Shown here one piece after another: positions 32,305 to 38,338 of a stretch of 38,338 bases of DNA. Every line of letters starts with the position of its first letter. Position 1 is the first letter of the stretch. The position numbers and the translations under genes were made by a program. The notes beneath the pieces were generated by a model. The model was not told the DNA's origin. It saw nothing but the letters and a program-made list of their open reading frames with translations, and searched no databases. The stretch lies in contig JAJYEF010000002.1 of assembly GCA_021785915.1 (NCBI GenBank), forward strand, positions 1 through 38,338, read 5' to 3'. Source of the stretch: a bacterium. GTDB taxonomy: Bacteria > Patescibacteriota > Microgenomatia > Levybacterales > UBA12049.

Positions 32305-32748
32305 CTATTTGGGTCTGATGACCAACACTCTGTCTTTTCCTTCGCCGGTTGATTCAGTGATAACCTCTTTATCGTCCTGGAGCATCATGTGTACAAGCCT
32401 TCTTTCCCACGCCTTTAGATCGGAAAGGTAAACCTCCCTGTTTTGGGATATTGCTTTTTCCTTTGAGTCTAATGCAAGCCTTTCAAGCCATTCCTCACGC
32501 TTTTTCTTGTAGTCGCCGACCTCTATTGAAACCCTCCTGAATTTTCCGGTCTCTTTGGCAAGTATCAGGGAGAGAACAATTTGGAGCGCTTCCAGCGTTT
32601 CGCCGTGGTAGCCGATAATGATTCCCGAATCATCCGTATCCATGGATACGGATATTATCTCGTCCTCTTCGGAAACGGCGATTTCCGAATCAACACCCAG
32701 TTTTTTAAAAAACCCCTTAATCGTTTTTGTAATCTTATTTTCTGCCAT
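32305..32748 (-). CDS. jag: Jag-like RNA-binding protein (KH + R3H domains)
   Basis: It has KH 'IIGYHGETLEALQ' and R3H 'ERRLVHMML...ITESTGEG..R.LVI'. It lies immediately downstream of yidC and overlaps it by 14 nt. Confidence 0.8.
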   Translation of the reverse strand: MAENKITKTIKGFFKKLGVDSEIAVSEEDEIISVSMDTDDSGIIIGYHGETLEALQIVLSLILAKETGKFRRVSIEVGDYKKKREEWLERLALDSKEKAISQNREVYLSDLKAWERRLVHMMLQDDKEVITESTGEGKDRVLVIRPK

Positions 32749-33556
32749 TTATTTTATCCATCCATTCCTTCAGGCCTCCCAGACCGGAAATTTTGTATTG
32801 CTGTATGATACCAAAAATAGTGTACGTATTCCAGTATAAGGAAAGTCCTATTGGAAATCCCCAAGAGAAAAACGCTATCATTATTGGAAATATATAAGTT
32901 GACTGGGTCTGGAAAGAGGTTGCAAAATCCTCTTCTTTTTTCTTTTCCTTGCCTTTATCATTCTTATCAGGGGTTTTGGCGGGGGTAAATATAATCATTT
33001 TTGATTGAATTAGTTGGAAAAACCCGGTCAAAACCGGCACCATTAGCACCAGAGGGACCGCGGAATAAAGATGCGAAGGGCTCTGTGCAAGAGGAAGGCC
33101 AAAAAAATTCGTATCCCAAGGTTTCGAAAGTTTGTAAAAATCTGAATACAGGATCTTATTGATTTCGGCACTCGAGTATTTAACGACGTCTCCCAAAACG
33201 CTGTACAAAGCCCAGATAAGCGGTAGCTGTATGATTACCGGAAGGCAACCGCTTAAAGGATTTACCCCAAACTCCTTATAAAGCTTCATCGTTTCCTGCT
33301 GGAGCATTTTTGCGTCGTTTTTGTGCTTTTCCTTGAGCCTGCTTAAGTGAGGATTTAGTTCCTGCATTTTTTTTGTGGCCTTTAGCTGTGACGTTACAAA
33401 AGGGTAGAGTACCAATCTTATGATTACCGTTAAGACTATTATCGAAAAGCCCAAAGCATAAGGAATATGCAGGAAATAGAGGATCTGATAAATGATCACG
33501 ATTACATTTATAAGGGGATAAGACAAAAGCAAGAAATTTGATATAGGTGAGTGCAT
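32735..33556 (-). CDS. yidC: Membrane protein insertase YidC (short form)
   Basis: 'KMQELNPHLSRLKEKHKNDAKMLQQETMKLYKEFGVNPLSGCLPVIIQLPLIWALY' is present, in the rnpA-yidD-yidC-jag gene order. Confidence 0.9.
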   Translation of the reverse strand: MHSPISNFLLLSYPLINVIVIIYQILYFLHIPYALGFSIIVLTVIIRLVLYPFVTSQLKATKKMQELNPHLSRLKEKHKNDAKMLQQETMKLYKEFGVNPLSGCLPVIIQLPLIWALYSVLGDVVKYSSAEINKILYSDFYKLSKPWDTNFFGLPLAQSPSHLYSAVPLVLMVPVLTGFFQLIQSKMIIFTPAKTPDKNDKGKEKKKEEDFATSFQTQSTYIFPIMIAFFSWGFPIGLSLYWNTYTIFGIIQQYKISGLGGLKEWMDKINGRK

Positions 33557-33559
33557 AAA

Positions 33560-33772
33560 TTATTCTCCGTTATAAAACGGTTGACATTTTAAAAGCCTGA
33601 CGACGGAAAGGTAACCCCCTTTTAAAACTCCTTTTTCGGAAATTGAAATTTTTGCATATTCGGAGCACGTCGGAGAAAATCTGCACGCGTTTCCGACTCC
33701 TGTGGCCTGGTGCAAAAATGAGGATATCGTTTTTTGATAAATATCTATTAATAAAATTAAAGTTTTTTTCAT
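33560..33772 (-). CDS. yidD: Membrane protein insertion efficiency factor YidD
   Basis: 'CRFSPTCSEYAKISI...G...G..L...RLLKCQPF' is present. Length is 70 aa. Confidence 0.85.
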   Translation of the reverse strand: MKKTLILLIDIYQKTISSFLHQATGVGNACRFSPTCSEYAKISISEKGVLKGGYLSVVRLLKCQPFYNGE

Positions 33773-34098
33773 TTTATTTTGCCCGTTTTTTTAAAAATCC
33801 CTGAAAGCATTTCGGTGACATTTTTTTCATCCGTATTTTCGAGCGATCTTTTTGAGATCACGACCGCACTTACGCCTCCATTTATATTTTCCAGGATATT
33901 TTTTACCGCTCTTTTTAAAACCCTTTTTGTCCTGTTTCTAACAACTGCCCGTTTGTCTATTTTTTTTGTAACTATAAAACCGAATTTTTTCTCCCCGTTG
34001 CTTGTTGAAAATACCTTTATCCTAAAAAGGGGAGAGTCAAAATTCTGGCTTTTTGTATTTCTTCTAATTTCTAAAAGACGGTTTTTTCTTTTAAGCAT
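33769..34098 (-). CDS. rnpA: RNase P protein component
   Basis: A basic 109-aa protein with 'FGFIVTKKIDKRAVVRNRTKRVLKRAV', located between rpmH and yidD. Confidence 0.8.
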   Translation of the reverse strand: MLKRKNRLLEIRRNTKSQNFDSPLFRIKVFSTSNGEKKFGFIVTKKIDKRAVVRNRTKRVLKRAVKNILENINGGVSAVVISKRSLENTDEKNVTEMLSGIFKKTGKIK

Positions 34099-34100
34099 TA

Positions 34101-34235
34101 TTAAACCGTGACCCTTTTTCTTTTTGACGAAAGTCTGTGTTTTAAAACCTTTCGGCCCGTCCTCTTTTTCTGTCTTTGAAAGAATCCGTGTTTTCTTTTT
34201 CTTTTTATTTTTTTTGCCTTTGTTAATTTTTCCAT
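34101..34235 (-). CDS. rpmH: Ribosomal protein bL34 (44 aa; too short for the ORF track)
   Basis: My own minus-strand translation is MEKLTKAKKIKRKRKHGFFQRQKKRTGRKVLKHRLSSKRKRVTV, a bL34-like 'KRKxxHGFxxRxxxxxGRKVLxxRxxKGRKxLTV' pattern. Its position directly upstream of rnpA is canonical. Confidence 0.85.
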   Translation of the reverse strand: MEKLTKAKKIKRKRKHGFFQRQKKRTGRKVLKHRLSSKRKRVTV

Positions 34236-34329
34236 AAGACTGAGTATAGCAAAGAAAAGTGTTTTTTAAAAGAGCCTCGGATTTTAAAAACGATATAGTT
34301 TTATACGTTTTCGTTATCTTGACAAAAAG

Positions 34330-34338
34330 TTATCCACA
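34330..34338 (+). promoter_or_regulatory. Perfect DnaA box (TTATCCACA) inside the putative dnaA promoter spacer
   Basis: TTGACA at 34319-34324 is followed by a 17-nt spacer containing TTATCCACA, and then TTAAAC. The dnaA ATG is at 34361. Confidence 0.75.
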
Positions 34339-34360
34339 TTATTAAACTGCATAACATCCC

Positions 34361-35719
34361 ATGCAAGATTATAAAGAGCTATGGAGTAAGATATTGGCCG
34401 AAATCGAGCTTGAAGTATCGCGCGCCAACTATCTGACTCTTTTTAAAAGAACCCAGATTGTATCGATAGAAGAAAGCGTTATTACTGTTGCCGCTCCGTC
34501 TACGATGATTATAGACCTTCTTGAAAGACGCTTTTATGACGTTATTAAAAAGTCTGTTGACAAGCATTTCGGCAGCGAAGCAAAAATAATTTTTGTCCCA
34601 AAAACCATTGTTGACATTGTTGATAAGAATAGCGACTCCAGGGGTACCCTTTTTGAACACGAGGAAAAAAAGGCCGCTCCCGTTGGCCATCTACCAAGGG
34701 TCCGTCCCGACTATACTTTTGAAAACATGGCCGTCTCATCGAGCAACCAGCTCGCGTTCGTAAGCGCATCCACGGTTGCCAAAAAGCCGGGGGAGTCTTA
34801 CAACCCGCTTTTTATTTATGGCCCGACGGGCGTTGGCAAGACTCACCTTATGCAGGCAATAGCAAACGAGGTGTACAAAAAAACCCCGAACAAAAAAATT
34901 TTATATACAACTAGTGAGGAGTTCACGAACGAAGTGGTAGAGGCGATAAGAACAAACAGTACTTCCTTGATGAAGAAAAAATTCAGAAATCTCGACCTTT
35001 TGATAATCGACGATATTCAATTTGTCGCCGGGAAAGAAAAGGTCCAAGAGGAGCTTTTCCATACTTTTAACACTCTCGTTGATAAGCAGGCGCAGATCGT
35101 CCTTTCTTCGGACAGAAGGCCTGAAGAAATAAAACAGCTTGAGAAAAGACTGGTTTCGAGATTTTCGGGGGGACTCACCGTTGATATAGAAACACCTGAT
35201 TTCGAGCTAAGGACCGCCATACTTCTTATAAAAGCAAAAAAATACGAATGCATGCTAAGCATTGAGGTGGCAAAGCATTTGGCGCAAAAAGAAACGGACG
35301 CCAGGGGCTTAGAAGGGCTTTTGTTAAAGGTTATGGCAAAGGCCCAAGCCGGAGACGGGGAAATAACCGAAGATGTTGCCAATTCTGTTGTGTCTTTAGG
35401 GGAAACTGAAAAACTAAACTCTTTTCATCCCGACGAAGTAATAAAAAACGTCTGTCACTTTTATAACATTAAACCGACCCAGTTAAAAAGCCCGAAAAGG
35501 GACGCTTTTTTGGTAAAACCAAGACACATTGCAATGTACCTTCTTAAAAAGGAACTTGGTTTAACATTTGTTGAAATCGGAAACCTTTTGGGAGGACGCG
35601 ACCATACGACGATAATGCACGGTGTGGAAAAAATGGAGAAAACTGTAATGGATAAGACTATGGTTTATGAGGAAATAATGAGGATTAGTAAGTTCCCTGT
35701 TGAAAACCGTGTGGATTAA
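34361..35719 (+). CDS. dnaA: Chromosomal replication initiator protein DnaA
   Basis: Walker A 'GPTGVGKTHL', 'LLIIDDIQF' and the domain IV 'HIAMYLLKKELGLTFVEIGNLLGGRDHTTIMHG' are all present. Confidence 0.97.
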   Translation: MQDYKELWSKILAEIELEVSRANYLTLFKRTQIVSIEESVITVAAPSTMIIDLLERRFYDVIKKSVDKHFGSEAKIIFVPKTIVDIVDKNSDSRGTLFEHEEKKAAPVGHLPRVRPDYTFENMAVSSSNQLAFVSASTVAKKPGESYNPLFIYGPTGVGKTHLMQAIANEVYKKTPNKKILYTTSEEFTNEVVEAIRTNSTSLMKKKFRNLDLLIIDDIQFVAGKEKVQEELFHTFNTLVDKQAQIVLSSDRRPEEIKQLEKRLVSRFSGGLTVDIETPDFELRTAILLIKAKKYECMLSIEVAKHLAQKETDARGLEGLLLKVMAKAQAGDGEITEDVANSVVSLGETEKLNSFHPDEVIKNVCHFYNIKPTQLKSPKRDAFLVKPRHIAMYLLKKELGLTFVEIGNLLGGRDHTTIMHGVEKMEKTVMDKTMVYEEIMRISKFPVENRVD

Positions 35720-35848
35720 TACACGAATTTAAGTTTTGAACTTTTTCCCCACATTTTTGTCCACCTTTTATCCACACGTATTCAGGCTGACATTCTTGCT
35801 TTTTTCCACTTTTCCAGATAAACTACAACAACTACAAATAGAATATAT
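35710..35848. promoter_or_regulatory. Candidate oriC segment in the dnaA-dnaN spacer: a DnaA-box cluster followed by an AT-rich stretch
   Basis: TGTGGATTA at 35710-35718 is the reverse complement of TAATCCACA (1 mismatch to the consensus). TTGTCCACC is at 35757-35765, the perfect TTATCCACA at 35768-35776, and a TTTTCCACT-like box near 35803-35811. AT-rich sequence follows at 35818-35848. Confidence 0.65.
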
Positions 35849-36955
35849 ATGAAAATTTCGTTTCTTTCGGAAAAACTTTCGGAAAAACTCGGGTTTTTAA
35901 ACCACGCGGTCTCTTCAAGAGGACAACTTCCAATCCTGTCTAATTTTTTAATAGAAGCAAAGGCGGGAAAACTTACGATAAGCGCAACAGATCTTGAAAT
36001 AGGAATTTCAACGAGTATTTCAGCAAATGTTGAAGAAGAAGGGAGGACCACGGTTCCCGCAAAAAACTTTTATGATCTTTTGCAAAATGTAAGAAACCAA
36101 AAAATAACCCTGTCAACAGACGGAGAAACCCTGAATCTAAAAGGAGAAAACGTAAAAGCGTCATTCCAAACAATGCCCGCCGAAGATTTCCCCAGACTCT
36201 ACGAAGAAAAAGGGGAAGAATTTATAGAGCTTGAAAAACCCGCCGCGGAAAAGTTTTTTTCAAGGGTTGTTTTTGCGGCAGCCATTGACTCGGCAAGGCC
36301 CGCGTTATCGGGAGTTTTAATAGAAGAAGAGAAAAAGCAAGCCCTTATTGTTGCAACCGACTCATACAGGCTTTCATTGCAGAAAAACGTTTTTAAGACA
36401 AAACAAGAGCTTAGGAAGCCGCTTGTAGTGTCGTCGCGGATCATAAGGGAAATGATATCAATTAAAGAGGACGATAAACTTATTAAAATTTTTGTTTCCG
36501 AAAAAACCAACCAGGTTTTGTTTTTGCAGGGACAGACGGTTTTGGTTGGAAGATTGATTGACGCGGAATATCCCGAATATCAAAAAATAATTCCAACAGA
36601 GCATAACACAAAAACCGAAGCAAACAGGGAAGATCTTCTTAGGGCAATAAGGATCGCTTCGGTTTTTGCTAGGGAAACGGCAAACATAATTAAGCTTACA
36701 ATTGAAAAAGACAAAATAATCGTTTCCGCAAACTCTCCGTCTGTCGGACAGGACGCGGTTGACCTGCCTGCAAAAACAGCGGGGGAGGAAAACGAAATTG
36801 CGTTTAACGCAAAATACCTTTTGGATATTCTATCAACCCTTGATACTGAAGATGTGGTTTTTGAAATGACGGGGCCATTAAATGCAGGAGTATTTAAAAT
36901 TAAAGAAGACAATTCATTTCTCCATCTGATAATGCCTATCAGGGTGCAGGAGTAA
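35849..36955 (+). CDS. dnaN: DNA polymerase III beta sliding clamp
   Basis: 368 aa with a three-domain clamp pattern ('LSISATDLEIGI', 'LIVATDSYRLS', 'NAKYLLDIL') and a position after dnaA. Confidence 0.93.
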   Translation: MKISFLSEKLSEKLGFLNHAVSSRGQLPILSNFLIEAKAGKLTISATDLEIGISTSISANVEEEGRTTVPAKNFYDLLQNVRNQKITLSTDGETLNLKGENVKASFQTMPAEDFPRLYEEKGEEFIELEKPAAEKFFSRVVFAAAIDSARPALSGVLIEEEKKQALIVATDSYRLSLQKNVFKTKQELRKPLVVSSRIIREMISIKEDDKLIKIFVSEKTNQVLFLQGQTVLVGRLIDAEYPEYQKIIPTEHNTKTEANREDLLRAIRIASVFARETANIIKLTIEKDKIIVSANSPSVGQDAVDLPAKTAGEENEIAFNAKYLLDILSTLDTEDVVFEMTGPLNAGVFKIKEDNSFLHLIMPIRVQE

Positions 36956-37370
36956 AAGGCTTTGTATATGTTTCTAGGTTGGTAAACCAACTTCTACTCT
37001 GAATTCCGTTTTGCTTCAAGAAGCTGTCAAACTCCGTATTAGCCTGTACCAGATTGTTGGAGTTTAGTGTGAGAATAAACTTTGCGTCATTAAAATCATA
37101 ATCTAATGAAAAACTTAAACCCGCGTAGGGAACTTTTTCAATAAGTTGACTTACCAAAGTCTGCTGTTGCTGTAGTATTGTTTGTTGGGGGGTTTGGTCA
37201 TAGCTATTAGACTTAGCAGGTCCGGCACCCGTTGGCAAGACGTTCGTTTGCTTTGAGTTGTTATTTTTGTGAGAATTATTGTTTGTAATCACAACTAAAA
37301 TTATTGTAGTTAATATAAGTAAGATTAATAAAACAAAAACAATAACCTTTGTTTTAGTTAGACTATTCAT
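36939..37370 (-). CDS. Hypothetical N-terminally anchored secreted protein with an Asn/Gln-rich linker
   Basis: 143-aa ORF with a signal/anchor 'VIVFVLLILLILTTIILVVI'. It overlaps the dnaN 3' end by 17 nt. Confidence 0.55.
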   Translation of the reverse strand: MNSLTKTKVIVFVLLILLILTTIILVVITNNNSHKNNNSKQTNVLPTGAGPAKSNSYDQTPQQTILQQQQTLVSQLIEKVPYAGLSFSLDYDFNDAKFILTLNSNNLVQANTEFDSFLKQNGIQSRSWFTNLETYTKPFTPAP

Positions 37371-37398
37371 AATTTAAATTATAGTACTTTTAAAAATA

Positions 37399-38301
37399 TT
37401 ATGGCTTTTTAATCGCATACATAAAACCCCATCCATTAAATCCACATCTTCCATTTGTTTGCAAATTGGTTTTTAGGTCTGTTAATGTGTTAAAGTTTCT
37501 TACGGTGTAGTTTTGATCTGTAGTGCAGTACGTTGGATCATAAACCTTAAGGGTGCCATCTGGATTTACTCCGGCAATAACAATTGAATGTCCTCCGGAT
37601 GGCTCTGCGGTACTGTTAAATGTCATACACCCCCCGGCCAAAATATAAAATCCTTGGCTGGTTAATTTTGCTATTAGGGTGGTAGGAGTAGTCATTGAAC
37701 CATAGGCAACTAAGTTTGATTGTATTGCAAAACCTAAGGAGGACACCCAATTGTTTACGGCATTTTCTGTCTGAGTGAAATTTGTTGCAGAATTACAACC
37801 CATTTGTCCATTTGCCATAGAGACTTGGTAAGGGTTATAAACGCTTCCATAGGAGGAAACAATCATTGCAATGGAAGTAGGGTCACAACCGTTTTGTATT
37901 ATTGAGCAAATTGTGTTTGGCTTAGAATATTTAGGGTCGTATTGGCAGTAGAAGTGAATAGGCGGTAGAGTGTTTGGGGGAAGGCAGCAAATCGGGCTTG
38001 CTGCGGAGCAGTTTGAGTTTGTTATTGTTGTCCCACCAGAACACGCCGTTGACTGGCAGGATCCACCTGCTGCCGTGCAATCGAATGTTTGAGAGGGCAT
38101 ACAACAAATATCGGTGCTGGTCGTACAGGTTGCTCCTGTAGTATCTTGAGTTGATCCGCTCGGGCAACTTGGCCCTGGCTGACAAGATCCGCCAATGCTT
38201 GTGCACTGAAGATTTCCGGCTAGCGTCTGGTTTGAACCGAACAGAACAGATATCATACCGCCCAAAAACCCTATAAACAGTAAAATTACCAAAGCAATCA
38301 A
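37399..38301 (-). CDS. Secreted Cys-rich protein with a C-terminal papain-like (peptidase C39-like) domain
   Basis: It has an N-terminal TM or signal sequence. Two Cys-rich repeats follow ('CTSIGGSCQPGPSCPSG...CTTSTDICCMP' and 'CTAAGGSCQSTACSGG...CSAASPICCLP'). The catalytic-Cys context is 'NGCDPTSIAMIVSSYG' and the His context is 'GGHSIVIAGVNPDGTLKVYDP'. Confidence 0.65.
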   Translation of the reverse strand: MIALVILLFIGFLGGMISVLFGSNQTLAGNLQCTSIGGSCQPGPSCPSGSTQDTTGATCTTSTDICCMPSQTFDCTAAGGSCQSTACSGGTTITNSNCSAASPICCLPPNTLPPIHFYCQYDPKYSKPNTICSIIQNGCDPTSIAMIVSSYGSVYNPYQVSMANGQMGCNSATNFTQTENAVNNWVSSLGFAIQSNLVAYGSMTTPTTLIAKLTSQGFYILAGGCMTFNSTAEPSGGHSIVIAGVNPDGTLKVYDPTYCTTDQNYTVRNFNTLTDLKTNLQTNGRCGFNGWGFMYAIKKP

Positions 38302-38338
38302 AAGTGCAGGGACCCAAACCTCAGATGTTGCTACCGCA

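Noticed and set aside
35818-35848. ACTACAACAACTACAAATAG read as a DnaA-trio array
   Set aside because: The triplet periodicity is weak and does not match the expected repeating trinucleotide with a conserved central A on one strand. It is kept only as an AT-rich candidate unwinding region.
35782-36990. Minus-strand ORFs 35782-36051, 35973-36173, 36199-36510 and 36580-36990
   Set aside because: They are antisense to a full-length dnaN. No independent support exists for them.
37931-38317. 128-aa minus-strand ORF overlapping the Cys-rich peptidase gene out of frame
   Set aside because: It is nested within the 300-aa ORF, which has the repeats and catalytic motifs. Its sequence is Arg/Ser/Leu-rich, as expected of an off-frame product.
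1-38338. Search for CRISPR arrays, rRNA genes, IS/transposase genes, reverse transcriptases (retrons or DGRs) and toxin-antitoxin pairs
   Set aside because: I saw no regularly spaced repeats, no rRNA-like conserved stretches, and no DDE-transposase or RT motifs. The only recombinase is the large serine recombinase at 11180-12787.

Overview
This 38.3-kb window looks like it comes from a compact, small-genome bacterium. Tight gene packing, a DUF4012 protein and short housekeeping proteins suggest a CPR/Patescibacteria-like organism, but that is inference only. All family assignments below come from motif recognition by eye; no searches were run.

The window has two parts.

(1) Nt ~956-12,790 is a visibly AT-richer island of about 11.8 kb.
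- It ends in a large serine recombinase gene whose stop codon lies inside the 3' end of a tRNA-Asn(GTT) gene.
- A 9-bp direct repeat (ATGCTCCGC) occurs at both proposed ends.
- Its cargo includes an MmeI-like single-chain type IIG/IIL restriction-modification enzyme, a SEC-C-motif protein, a signal peptidase I-CAP fusion coupled to a small secreted Cys protein, a tail-anchored coiled-coil protein, a bPH-SHOCT protein, a Zn-ribbon membrane protein, an XRE/C-protein-like regulator and several small phage-like ORFs.
- Three leftward transcription units in the island carry an almost identical 31-bp promoter/operator cassette. This suggests one co-regulated accessory (defence and/or envelope) module, and it is the most unusual thing I see in the window.

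(2) Nt ~12,850-38,338 is core chromosome. It holds dnaG-rpoD, purA, ruvCAB, bL25, valS, nth, rnhA, a flippase and the canonical origin neighbourhood jag-yidC-yidD-rnpA-rpmH | dnaA-dnaN with perfect DnaA boxes.

Other notable points:
- A structured leader upstream of the recombinase gene can occlude its start region.
- Two hairpins interleave in a leader inside the island.
- Many genes have a -10 box only 6-10 nt upstream of the ATG, suggesting leaderless mRNAs.
- The endonuclease III lacks its Fe-S Cys motif.
- Several convergent gene pairs have zero or negative spacing.

I found no rRNA, CRISPR array or transposase.
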